DNA of 64,000 nucleotides from an uncultured Pelagibacteraceae bacterium (GCA_902514665.1 CABXRS010000003.1:3255-67254), one strand, 5' to 3'. Shown: positions 53,667 through 63,257, numbered from the stretch's first letter. Notes: generated by a model from the sequence alone, not told the origin. Translations and numbers: made by a program.

Positions 53667-55883
53667 TTAAAATAGAGGACGATCCTTAAAGAAATTTCTC
53701 ATTGGAATAGGTCTTTGTTCTAATATATATCTGTAAACATTGTAGTTTTCCATTACTCGCTGAACATAGTTTCGTGTTTCCCTAAATTTTATTAACTCAA
53801 CCCAATCAACATAATTAATTTGTTTCTTTTGAGGATCTTTATTAATTTTTTTCCAATACTTAACTCGGTTTGGTCCTGCATTATAAGCGGCAACTGCAAA
53901 AGGGTATGCACCATCATATTGTAAGATAAGGCCTGCAATATAATGAGAACCTAAATTAATATTATATTCAGGATCAGTAGTTAATCTTGATTTTGAATAA
54001 GGAAGTTTTGCTTGTTTAGAAACTAATTTTGCGGTGTAGGGCATTAGTTGCATTAATCCTTTTGCACCTGCGTGACTGTTGGCTTCTAAATCAAACTCAC
54101 TTTCTTGTCTTATAATAGATAAAATTAAAGCGCTATCTGGGATTTTTCTTCCATTGATACTTTTTGGTGTGCTAATAATTGGATAATTAAATTTATTATT
54201 AAACCTTTTTTGATAAGAAGCAATTTTAGAAACTTGTATAGCAAAGTCATATCTATTTATATTTGTTGCAAGTTCAGCTGCTAGTATTTCACTACCTTTC
54301 GAAATATCATCATTGGCTAGATGTCTTAAAATAAATTTAGTATATTTATCTTTTTTAAGCTCATCTAAAAGATAGGTAATCTTAACTAGTTCTTTATTAA
54401 AAAAAATAAGTCGATATTTTTTATCAACTTCCATGTCTTTATTAAGTTCAAATTTTCCATTTGGATTGATCTTTAAAAATGCTAATTGACCATAATAAGT
54501 AGTTAAATATTTTGATGCTTCTAAATACCATTTATTCGATTGCTCTTTATCTCCAAGTTCCTCATATGCACTACCAAGCCAATAAGCTCCTCTAGAGGTA
54601 CTAATTGGATAGTTAACGTTGTCATAAAAATTTTTAAAATGATTTTTTGCTGTTAAAGGATCATTTAAAAAACTCAAAGCTATCCAGCCACTCATCCACT
54701 CTGCTGCTGCAAAGTCTGACCCTTCAGTCATACCGTGATTACTTGATATTTTATAAGCAATTTCGTATTTTTTTTTATAAATTAGAGCCCGTGAAATTAT
54801 TTCTCTTTCTTTCCACCATTTTTCTGGCATCACTAAATAATCTTTATCATTTCTTATTTTTAGCAGAATCTCTGTTGAAGAATCTACACGACCTTTTTTT
54901 CTTCTCCATTTTAAACGATCATAATTAAGACCTGCATCATTTTTAAATTTTTGTGGTACATTTTTAATTGCTTGGTCAACTCCATATCCCTTACTTATTA
55001 GTATTTGTCTCGCGGTATATAAAAGCTCATAATCTTTTGGTAAATATCTTGTTAGTCTTTTAAGATCCCAATGCTTTCCATTCCATGCAAGATAATCAGC
55101 TCTCTTAATATAATCATCTGCATTTAAACTTTTTTTAAATTTTTTTCTAAAAAACTTTAAATCATTCCTAGATAATTTTGCTGTAATCCAACCTTCTTTA
55201 ATTAAATTTTCACCTTTAGATTTATCACCAATTAATAGGTGACTTTCACCTAATATCATTTTGCCATATCCACTAAGCGGCTCGTCAGCTCCAAACCATG
55301 TAATGATCTTCTTAGGCGAAACATTAGCCGTAGACAATTTATGTTCTGCCAAATATCTTAATCTATCAATTCTTGGATATTCAGGATTACTGTCTATAAA
55401 AACCTTATAATCATAAAAAGAGGCTTGATTTCCAGTTGTTAGTAGATGTCTCCACTGAATAAAATTATAAATAGATTTATCCTTAGCTTTTTTGGAAATA
55501 TTTAAAGCTGAAGTCCATTTACTTTTTTGCATTTCAGAAATCGCTTTTTTTGCCAAACCAAAATCTTTTTTGCTATAATATTTAGATATTTTAATGTTTT
55601 TAGTTGTTGTTACTCCTGCAACAATTGGTTTTTTTTTAGGAATTTTAAAACTTAACTTTTTCTCTTTTATTTCCTTAACAATAACTTTTTTTTCAACCTT
55701 TTTTAATTTTGTAGGTTTTTTAAGAGGAGTAATAATATTTTTTGATATTTTTTTAATAATCTCTTCTGATGATAAAGTAGGTTTTTGAGGAGGAATAATT
55801 TGTATGGTCTCTGCGTAAAGATTAGTTATTTTAATAGAAACAAACAAGACTATTCCAAGAATAATTAATATTTTTTTGCACAT
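53667..55883 (-). CDS. slt: Soluble lytic murein transglycosylase (Slt70-like)
   Basis: Signal or anchor, helical repeats, RQESEF, GAKGLMQLMP, AYNAG, ETRNYV. Confidence 0.92.
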   Translation of the reverse strand: MCKKILIILGIVLFVSIKITNLYAETIQIIPPQKPTLSSEEIIKKISKNIITPLKKPTKLKKVEKKVIVKEIKEKKLSFKIPKKKPIVAGVTTTKNIKISKYYSKKDFGLAKKAISEMQKSKWTSALNISKKAKDKSIYNFIQWRHLLTTGNQASFYDYKVFIDSNPEYPRIDRLRYLAEHKLSTANVSPKKIITWFGADEPLSGYGKMILGESHLLIGDKSKGENLIKEGWITAKLSRNDLKFFRKKFKKSLNADDYIKRADYLAWNGKHWDLKRLTRYLPKDYELLYTARQILISKGYGVDQAIKNVPQKFKNDAGLNYDRLKWRRKKGRVDSSTEILLKIRNDKDYLVMPEKWWKEREIISRALIYKKKYEIAYKISSNHGMTEGSDFAAAEWMSGWIALSFLNDPLTAKNHFKNFYDNVNYPISTSRGAYWLGSAYEELGDKEQSNKWYLEASKYLTTYYGQLAFLKINPNGKFELNKDMEVDKKYRLIFFNKELVKITYLLDELKKDKYTKFILRHLANDDISKGSEILAAELATNINRYDFAIQVSKIASYQKRFNNKFNYPIISTPKSINGRKIPDSALILSIIRQESEFDLEANSHAGAKGLMQLMPYTAKLVSKQAKLPYSKSRLTTDPEYNINLGSHYIAGLILQYDGAYPFAVAAYNAGPNRVKYWKKINKDPQKKQINYVDWVELIKFRETRNYVQRVMENYNVYRYILEQRPIPMRNFFKDRPLF

Positions 55884-55926
55884 AATCTTTTAGTATATGA
55901 ATCTCTAAACTATGTTATAAGTATTT

Positions 55927-56808
55927 ATGTTCAAAGGATCAAATGTTGCCTTAATCACTCCATTCAAAAATAATGGTCTAGATGAAGATGCATATATAAA
56001 GCTAATTCATTTTCATATTGACAATGGTACGTCTGGACTAGTCCCTGCAGGTACTACTGGAGAGTCTCCAACCCTCAGCCATACTGAACATGAGCGTGTG
56101 ATTGATTTATGCATTAAAGAGAGTAATGGAAAAATACCAGTTATCGCTGGTACGGGCTCTAACTCTACTGAGGAGGCTATTTCTCTAACTTCTCATGCTG
56201 AAAAGGCAGGTGCAAATGGTGCATTAATTGTAACACCATATTACAACAAGCCCACTCAAGAGGGACTATATCAACATTATAAAGCTATTAATGATAAATG
56301 TGGAATTCCTATTATAATTTACAATATACCAGGCAGGTCAGTAATTGATATGTCAGTTGATACAATGGCAAGACTATATGAATTAAAGAATATTGTTGGT
56401 GTAAAAGATGCCACTGGTGATTTAGAAAGAGTTGATCAACAGTCAAAGAAAATGGGTAATGAATTTATTCAATTAACAGGAAACGATGATAACGCATTTG
56501 AATTTAATAAAAGAGGGGGTGTGGGTACTATTAGCGTAACTGCAAATATTGCTCCAAAGCTTTGCTCAGAATTTCAAAAAAATTCAATATCTAAAAATGA
56601 TGAGAATCTTGCTAAAGCAAAAGAATTAGATGACATTTTGCAACCAGTACATACTGCAATGTTTGTAGAGAGCAACCCTAGTCCAGTAAAATATGCTGCC
56701 AAATTAATGAATTTGTGTGACGATGAAGTTAGATTACCATTGGTTAAAGTTACAGAAGAGACTAAAATAATTATAAAAAAAGCTATAGAGTCTGCAAAAC
56801 TTATTTAA
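55927..56808 (+). CDS. dapA: 4-hydroxy-tetrahydrodipicolinate synthase
   Basis: GTTGES, TPYYNKP, YNIPGRS, GVKDATG. Confidence 0.97.
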   Translation: MFKGSNVALITPFKNNGLDEDAYIKLIHFHIDNGTSGLVPAGTTGESPTLSHTEHERVIDLCIKESNGKIPVIAGTGSNSTEEAISLTSHAEKAGANGALIVTPYYNKPTQEGLYQHYKAINDKCGIPIIIYNIPGRSVIDMSVDTMARLYELKNIVGVKDATGDLERVDQQSKKMGNEFIQLTGNDDNAFEFNKRGGVGTISVTANIAPKLCSEFQKNSISKNDENLAKAKELDDILQPVHTAMFVESNPSPVKYAAKLMNLCDDEVRLPLVKVTEETKIIIKKAIESAKLI

Positions 56809-57278
56809 TGAACAAAAAAACCAATTCTGGTTTAAAGATTATTTGTTTAAACAGAAAAGCAAGTTTTAATTATTTTTTTGAAAATCTTTTAGAGGCAGGT
56901 ATTGTTTTAAAAGGCTCTGAAATTAAGTCCATCAGAGATGGTAAAGTTAATATAGCGGATGCATATGCAGTTGAAAAAAAAGGTGAAATAGTACTTATTA
57001 ATTCACATATTTCTCCATATAAACAAGCAAGCTATTCAAATCACAATCCAACAGATGAAAGAAAACTTTTGTTAAACAAAAGAGAGATAAACAAACTTAT
57101 TGGAAAAATGCAAAGAGACGGCTTTACCATTGTGCCTACAAAAATGTATTTTAAAAAAGGTAAAGCTAAAATTGAATTAGCAGTTGCTAAAGGTAAAAAA
57201 CAGTATGATAAAAGAGCAACTAAAAAAAATAGAGATTGGAACCGTGAAAAATCAAGATATATCAGAAGATCTAGCTAA
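56808..57278 (+). CDS. smpB: SsrA-binding protein
   Basis: [30 protein letters not shown]. Confidence 0.97.
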   Translation: MNKKTNSGLKIICLNRKASFNYFFENLLEAGIVLKGSEIKSIRDGKVNIADAYAVEKKGEIVLINSHISPYKQASYSNHNPTDERKLLLNKREINKLIGKMQRDGFTIVPTKMYFKKGKAKIELAVAKGKKQYDKRATKKNRDWNREKSRYIRRSS

Positions 57279-57762
57279 GATTGTCTATTTAGGTATTGGA
57301 TCAAATCTTGGTATTAGAAGGAAAAATATTGAAAAAGCTAAATTTCTATTAAAAGAAAATAATATAAAATTAATTTTAGTCTCAAATTATTATGAAACAC
57401 CATCATGGCCTGATCCAAAATATCCAAAATATTTAAACATAATATTAAAGATCACATGTCATCATGGACCTTTAAATTTACTAAATATTTGTAAAAAAAT
57501 TGAAATTAATTTAGGTAGAAAAAAATCGAAAAAAAACTCTCCCCGTATGTGTGATATTGACATAATTGATTATAATGGAATACAGTTAAATATCAAAAGT
57601 AAGCTTAATTTACCCCATCAAAGAATGCACAAAAGAAATTTTGTTTTAATCCCCTTATTTGAGATTGAAAAGAACTGGAAACACCCATCAAAAAAATTAG
57701 ATATTAGGACGTTAATTTCATTACTTCCTGCGGACGATATTACATCTATTAAAAAAATTTAA
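57244..57762 (+). CDS. folK: 2-amino-4-hydroxy-6-hydroxymethyldihydropteridine pyrophosphokinase
   Basis: [33 protein letters not shown]; start uncertain (GTG 57244 is the last usable start codon). Confidence 0.92.
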   Translation: MKNQDISEDLAKIVYLGIGSNLGIRRKNIEKAKFLLKENNIKLILVSNYYETPSWPDPKYPKYLNIILKITCHHGPLNLLNICKKIEINLGRKKSKKNSPRMCDIDIIDYNGIQLNIKSKLNLPHQRMHKRNFVLIPLFEIEKNWKHPSKKLDIRTLISLLPADDITSIKKI

Positions 57763-57767
57763 ATTAA

Positions 57768-57782
57768 TGATATAGTCTTAAT
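57768..57782 (+). promoter_or_regulatory. Putative extended -10 promoter giving a leaderless rel transcript
   Basis: TGaTATAGT followed 6 nt later by the rel ATG (57783); no SD. Confidence 0.45.
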
Positions 57783-59528
57783 ATGCTTAACTCTAATGAA
57801 CTTATAAATAAAGTAAAAGTGTATAATAAATTTCTCAATCATGAGAGATTAGACAAAGCATATAACTTTGCTGTAAAGGCACATCAAAATCAAAAAAGGG
57901 CATCTGGTGATCCTTATTCTGTTCATCCGATTGAAGTTGCCAATATTCTTACTGAATTAAAATTAGATAGTGCTACTATTACCACTGGATTATTACATGA
58001 CACAATTGAGGATACTTTTGCAACATATGAGACAATAAGAGATGAATTTGGACCTGAAGTCGCTGATTTAGTAGACGGTGTTACTAAAATCTCTGTTTTT
58101 GAAAACACCGCAAGTTTTAATTCGAAAGCAGAAAACTTTAGAAAATTAATTTTAGCCACTTCTAAAGATATAAGAGTTTTATTAGTAAAAATTGCTGATC
58201 GACTTCATAATATGAGGACGATTAAAGCAATAACTAAAGAAGATAAAAGAAAAAGGATTGCTCAAGAAACTATGGAAATTTACGCACCCCTTGCCGATAG
58301 AATGGGAATGCATAGAATTCGTGATGAGCTTGAGGATTTATCTTTTGAAATTTTAAATAATGATGGAAGAAAATTAATTAAAAAAAGATTAGATGAAATC
58401 AAACTTGATAAGAAAAATTTATTTGAGGAACTTTCTTTTGAATTAAGTTCTATTTTGAATGAAAATCATATTAATGCAGATATTTATGGTAGAGAAAAAA
58501 CCCCATTTTCAATTTGGAGAAAAGTTCAAAAAAAAAGAGTTTCATTAGAGCAAGTAACTGACATTATTGGATTTAGAGTAATTCTAAAAAATATTGATGA
58601 CTGTTACAAAACATTAGGAATATTTCATAAAAAATGGAATTGTATACCTGGCAAGTTTAAAGATTACATATCATCTCCAAAAATTAACGGTTATGAATCT
58701 ATTCATACTTCAGTAATTGGTTCAAACAAGAAACCAATTGAAATACAAATAAGAACAAGTGAAATGCATGAATTTGCTGAAAGAGGTATAGCCTCACATT
58801 GGAAATATAAATCTTCAGAAAAATTTAATTCCCTAAGTTGGAAAGAATATGATTGGTTAAAAGATTTAGTAGAAATTATAGAAAAAAACGAAAATCCTGA
58901 ACACTCGTATGAATACACTAAACTTCAGATGTTCCAGGAAAACGTTTTTTGTTTTACACCTAAAGGTTCAGTGATTAAATTGCCTAAAGAAGCTACTGCT
59001 ATTGATTTTGCTTATGCTGTACATACAAAAATTGGTAACTCCGCAACAGGATGTGAAATAAATGGAAACAAAAGTGACTTGCAAACAATCTTACATAATG
59101 GTGATCGTGTAAATATTATCACCTCAAAAAATAATTCCCCGTCACTACATTGGATTCCTACTACTAAAACAGGTAAAGCAAGAGCAGCTATCAGACGTTA
59201 TTGGCATGATAAAGGTGAACAAAAAGAGGAAAAAATTAAAAAATATAACACAACACTATGGATGTCATTACCTGATAAACCTGGGCAACTTGGTGATATC
59301 AGTTCATTAATTGGAAGTCATAAATTAAATATATCTAGTTTAGAGATGGTAGGTAAAAACCCAAACTATATTAATTTTAAATTTAAACTAATCATAAGAA
59401 ACCTTAAAAATTTTACAAATTTTATTGCAGTGCTAAAACAAAAGGGTATAAAATTTAAGATAATTAGACACGAAGAAAAAAGAAATGCTTTCACACAAAA
59501 AATCCTTAAATATTTTAAAAAAAACTAA
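57783..59528 (+). CDS. spoT: Bifunctional (p)ppGpp synthetase/hydrolase Rel, shortened (581 aa)
   Basis: HP..VA and LLHDTIEDT hydrolase motifs, KDY..PK.NGY, EIQIRT, TGS (DFAYAVHT), C-terminal ACT. Confidence 0.95.
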   Translation: MLNSNELINKVKVYNKFLNHERLDKAYNFAVKAHQNQKRASGDPYSVHPIEVANILTELKLDSATITTGLLHDTIEDTFATYETIRDEFGPEVADLVDGVTKISVFENTASFNSKAENFRKLILATSKDIRVLLVKIADRLHNMRTIKAITKEDKRKRIAQETMEIYAPLADRMGMHRIRDELEDLSFEILNNDGRKLIKKRLDEIKLDKKNLFEELSFELSSILNENHINADIYGREKTPFSIWRKVQKKRVSLEQVTDIIGFRVILKNIDDCYKTLGIFHKKWNCIPGKFKDYISSPKINGYESIHTSVIGSNKKPIEIQIRTSEMHEFAERGIASHWKYKSSEKFNSLSWKEYDWLKDLVEIIEKNENPEHSYEYTKLQMFQENVFCFTPKGSVIKLPKEATAIDFAYAVHTKIGNSATGCEINGNKSDLQTILHNGDRVNIITSKNNSPSLHWIPTTKTGKARAAIRRYWHDKGEQKEEKIKKYNTTLWMSLPDKPGQLGDISSLIGSHKLNISSLEMVGKNPNYINFKFKLIIRNLKNFTNFIAVLKQKGIKFKIIRHEEKRNAFTQKILKYFKKN

Positions 59529-60072
59529 TGCATTGTTGGAAGGTCACTTCATTTTATCATCAGGATTGCATTCATCAAAATATATTCAATGTGCAAAACT
59601 TCTAAGTTTTCCAAACTTAGCTGAAAAAATTTGCAAATCTCTAGCAAACCAAATCAAAAAAAAATATAAAAAGATTGATTTAATTCTTGCTCCGGCGACG
59701 GGTGGAATCATTATAGGTTACGAAATAGGCAGACTTCTTAAAAAAGAAACAATTTTTTGTGAGAGGGTTAAAGGAAAATTTACACTTAGAAGAGGTTTTA
59801 ATATCAACAAAGGTGCTAGAGTTCTAATTATCGAGGATGTTATTACTACAGGAAAATCGAGTTTAGAATGTGTTAAACTAATAAAGAAATCAAATGCTAA
59901 GTTACTAGGATTTGCATCTATCATAGATAGATCATCCAAAAAATCTTTAAAAATAAAAACTAAAATTGTCTCTCATTTAAAAATAGATGTTCCTGTATAT
60001 AGTCAAAAAAAATTACCTAAAATACTCAAATCTGTACCGATAACAACTCCAGGAAGTAGATTTATTAAGTGA
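59485..60072 (+). CDS. pyrE: Orotate phosphoribosyltransferase
   Basis: GHFILSSGLHS..Y, IIEDVITTG.S PRPP loop. Confidence 0.95.
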   Translation: MLSHKKSLNILKKTNALLEGHFILSSGLHSSKYIQCAKLLSFPNLAEKICKSLANQIKKKYKKIDLILAPATGGIIIGYEIGRLLKKETIFCERVKGKFTLRRGFNINKGARVLIIEDVITTGKSSLECVKLIKKSNAKLLGFASIIDRSSKKSLKIKTKIVSHLKIDVPVYSQKKLPKILKSVPITTPGSRFIK

Positions 60073-60785
60073 AAAGATTAGGTGTAAATATTGATCACGT
60101 TGCAACATTAAGAAATGCAAGAGGTGAAAAACATCCAGACCCAATCAGTGCTGCATTACATGTAGTAAAGTGTGGAGCAGACTCTGTAACAATACATCTA
60201 AGAGAGGATAGAAGACACATAAATGACAAAGATGCAAAAAGGATTTGTAATTTGAAAAATGTTTTAGTCAATCTCGAGGTTTCAATGAATGAAAGTATTA
60301 TATCTAATGCTCTAAGAATTAAACCAAATTACATCTGCATAGTACCAGAAAATAGAAAAGAAATAACAACAGAGGGAGGTTTAAATTTAAAAAATAATTT
60401 TAATAAATTAAAAAAAATAATTTATAAATTCAAAAAATCTAATATAAGAACCAGTTTATTTATTAATCCCTCTTTAAAAGATATTAAACTTTCAAAATCA
60501 CTTGGAGTGGATTGTATTGAAATCCATACAGGAAATTTATCAAATAAGGTAAAATTAAAACAAAAACATAACAAAGAACTTCAAAGAATAAAAAATAGTT
60601 CTAAGCTTGCAAATTCTTTGGGTATAGAAGTTCATGCGGGGCATGGGTTAGATTATAAAACCACTAAATTACTGACAAAAATAAAAGAAATTCATGAATA
60701 TAATATTGGTCATTTTATAATAGGGGAGTCAGTATTTCATGGTTTGTCAAAAGTGATTAAAAATTTTAAAAAATTATTGAAATAA
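60069..60785 (+). CDS. pdxJ: Pyridoxine 5'-phosphate synthase (GTG start)
   Basis: LGVNIDHVATLRNAR, HLREDRRHI, AGHGL, NIGH. Confidence 0.97.
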   Translation: MKRLGVNIDHVATLRNARGEKHPDPISAALHVVKCGADSVTIHLREDRRHINDKDAKRICNLKNVLVNLEVSMNESIISNALRIKPNYICIVPENRKEITTEGGLNLKNNFNKLKKIIYKFKKSNIRTSLFINPSLKDIKLSKSLGVDCIEIHTGNLSNKVKLKQKHNKELQRIKNSSKLANSLGIEVHAGHGLDYKTTKLLTKIKEIHEYNIGHFIIGESVFHGLSKVIKNFKKLLK

Positions 60786-60786
60786 T

Positions 60787-61173
60787 ATGAAAATTCTTGG
60801 AATTGGGATTGACATCATTGATAACAAAAGGATCAAGGAATCCATTAAGAACAATAAATTTAAAAGTCGAATTTATAGTAGTAATGAACTTAAATTATCA
60901 AAAAAAACCAAAAATAAAGTAGCCTTTTTTTCGAAGAGATTTGCAGCTAAAGAAGCTTTTTCTAAAGCATTAGGGACTGGATTTACTTCCAATTTAAGCT
61001 TTAAAGACATTGAAATCACAAATGATAAAAAAGGTATGCCTAAATATGTTGATAATAAAAAAATTATAAAAATTGTACAAAAAAAATATAAAATTAAAAA
61101 GTTTAATTCTTTTCTGTCAATTTCAGATGAAAAAGATTATTCAACAGCCTTTGCAATTATTCAATCCGTATGA
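60787..61173 (+). CDS. acpS: Holo-ACP synthase
   Basis: GIGIDII, RFAAKEAFSKALGTG, SISD. Confidence 0.96.
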   Translation: MKILGIGIDIIDNKRIKESIKNNKFKSRIYSSNELKLSKKTKNKVAFFSKRFAAKEAFSKALGTGFTSNLSFKDIEITNDKKGMPKYVDNKKIIKIVQKKYKIKKFNSFLSISDEKDYSTAFAIIQSV

Positions 61174-61907
61174 AGCTAGATAAAAATTTTTTTTCTGAAA
61201 ATATAAAAACTTTATTTTATGCTTTAATAATTGCCATAGTAATAAGATCTCTGTTAATTCAACCATTTTATATTCCTTCATCATCGATGGAACCAACATT
61301 GCTGGTAGGTGATAGGTTGTTTGTTACAAAATATTCCTACGGCTATAGTAAGCATTCTTTTCCTTTTAGTCCTCCAATACTTAGCAAAAGAGTAATGTTC
61401 AATAGTCCAAAACGTGGAGATGTAGTTGTTTTTAAAACACCAGCAGATAATAGAACAGATTATATAAAAAGACTTATTGGTCTACCAGGTGATAAGATTC
61501 AATTTATTGACTCTAACCTATATTTAAATAACGGTGAAATATTAAAGTCAAAAACTCTTAGCAAAAGTAATATTTATTGTGGAAGTGAAATTATTGATGT
61601 TTTTAAATTTGAGGAAAAATTACTGAATGGAAAAAAATATCACACTGTCTACTTAAAAGAAAACACTTACCAGAATTCAGATATCTTTACTGTACCTGAT
61701 GACCATTATTTTTTTTTAGGTGACAATAGAGATTGTTCTAAGGACAGTAGATATTTAACAAGCGTTGGTTATGTTCATAAAGACAATTTAGTTGGTAAAG
61801 CCCAATTTATTTTTTTTTCATCAGATAGAAAGATGGGTAGTATTTTTGAATTTTGGAAATGGCATAAATCAATTAGATTTAATAGAACATTTGATAAAAT
61901 TAATTAA
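61170..61907 (+). CDS. lepB: Signal peptidase I
   Basis: IPSSSMEPTL, RGDVVVF, YIKRLIGLPGD, GDNRD.S.DSR. Confidence 0.97.
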   Translation: MKLDKNFFSENIKTLFYALIIAIVIRSLLIQPFYIPSSSMEPTLLVGDRLFVTKYSYGYSKHSFPFSPPILSKRVMFNSPKRGDVVVFKTPADNRTDYIKRLIGLPGDKIQFIDSNLYLNNGEILKSKTLSKSNIYCGSEIIDVFKFEEKLLNGKKYHTVYLKENTYQNSDIFTVPDDHYFFLGDNRDCSKDSRYLTSVGYVHKDNLVGKAQFIFFSSDRKMGSIFEFWKWHKSIRFNRTFDKIN

Positions 61908-62569
61908 TGAAAATAAACTATCAAAAATTAGAAAAAAAGCTAAATGTAAAATTTAAAAATAACAATCTGTTAATACAATCATTAACCCACAAAAGTTTTA
62001 ACCCAAATGAAAATAATGAAAAGATTGAATTTTTAGGAGATAGAATACTTGGCTTAGTTATTGCTCAAAAACTTTTAAAAATCTACCCTAATGAAAAAGA
62101 GGGTATACTCGATAAAAAATTTGCATCATTAGTAAATAAAAAAACATGTTTAGAAGTTGCAAAAGCAGTTGAATTAGAAAAATATATAAAAACTTTCAAC
62201 CCTAAAAATAAAATTATCAAAATTGAGGATAAAATCATTTCTGATTGTTGTGAAGCGCTAATGGGCGCCATTTATTTAGACAAAGGATTAAACACGGCGG
62301 AAAAAGTTATACTTAAACTTTGGAGTAGGCATATCGAAAAAAGCGTTGTCACTCAAATAGATGCAAAAACAAAACTACAAGAACTAGCTTTAAAAAAATT
62401 TAAAAAATTACCAACCTATAAAATTATTTCTAATACAGGTCCACGACATAAACCTATTTTTAAAGTCGGAGTTAAGCTTCCTAACACGAAATATTTTGTA
62501 TCATCGGGTAAATCAAAAAAAGATGCTGAGCAAAATGCTGCTATTGAATGTTTAAAATATATAAATTAA
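61907..62569 (+). CDS. rnc: Ribonuclease III
   Basis: NEKIEFLGD signature, D..EA..GAIYLD, dsRBD DAKTKLQE, SKKDAEQ. Confidence 0.96.
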   Translation: MKINYQKLEKKLNVKFKNNNLLIQSLTHKSFNPNENNEKIEFLGDRILGLVIAQKLLKIYPNEKEGILDKKFASLVNKKTCLEVAKAVELEKYIKTFNPKNKIIKIEDKIISDCCEALMGAIYLDKGLNTAEKVILKLWSRHIEKSVVTQIDAKTKLQELALKKFKKLPTYKIISNTGPRHKPIFKVGVKLPNTKYFVSSGKSKKDAEQNAAIECLKYIN

Positions 62570-62576
62570 AAAAAAT

Positions 62577-63257
62577 ATGAATTGGATAGATCAAGGTTTT
62601 CTAATAAGCAAAAGTAGATATAGTGAAAACTCTGTAATTGCAGAATTTTATACTTTAGATAGAGGTAAAGTTTCAGGTATTATATTTGGAGGAACATCTA
62701 AAAAAATTAAAAATTATCTTCAGGTGGGAAACAAATTGCATGTTAATTATAACTCAAAAAATGATAACAGAATGGGTTATTTTAAAGTTGAAATCTTGAA
62801 TGCTTACAGTCCAATTTATTTTGATCATATGCAAAAGCTTTCTTGCATTACTTCAGCAATGAACTTAATAAAAATATTAACAGCTGAGGCGCAGACGAAT
62901 GAAAAAGTTTACTTTCTCATTGAAGATCTTTTTAATTTATTAAATCATCAAAATTGGCTTAAAAAATATATTTTCTGGGAATTAGAATTACTAAAATTAC
63001 TAGGTTACGATCTTGCGCTAGAAAATTTAGTAGAAAAAAATTTAGAAGATAACAAAACTGTTTATTTTGCGACTTCCTATAGTGAAAAGAAATATGTCCC
63101 AAACTTCCTTATCGAGAAAGATTTAGAGGTAACAGATGTTAATATCTTATTAAGTGGATTGAAATTGGTTGGAGATTATTTGGATAAAACAATCTTGAAA
63201 CCAAATAATTTAAATTATCCCAATAGTAGGGTAATTTTTTTAAATTCCTTGAAATAA
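62577..63257 (+). CDS. recO: DNA repair protein RecO
   Basis: MNW.DQG OB-fold start, LQ.GN, WEL.LL..LGY; synteny after rnc. Confidence 0.88.
   Translation: MNWIDQGFLISKSRYSENSVIAEFYTLDRGKVSGIIFGGTSKKIKNYLQVGNKLHVNYNSKNDNRMGYFKVEILNAYSPIYFDHMQKLSCITSAMNLIKILTAEAQTNEKVYFLIEDLFNLLNHQNWLKKYIFWELELLKLLGYDLALENLVEKNLEDNKTVYFATSYSEKKYVPNFLIEKDLEVTDVNILLSGLKLVGDYLDKTILKPNNLNYPNSRVIFLNSLK

Noticed and set aside
23931-57243. Extended N-termini in the ORF track for rpsE, panC, pyrB, gatC, gatB, soxA and folK
   Set aside because: Longest-ORF artefacts; downstream starts fit family lengths and stop/start coupling better.
1233-62271. Numerous 60-170 aa antisense or alternate-frame ORFs inside conserved genes (e.g. 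4333..4842, 31425..31871, 44509..44910)
   Set aside because: Shadow ORFs expected from the codon bias of the sense gene; Ser/Phe/Ile-rich with no independent signals.
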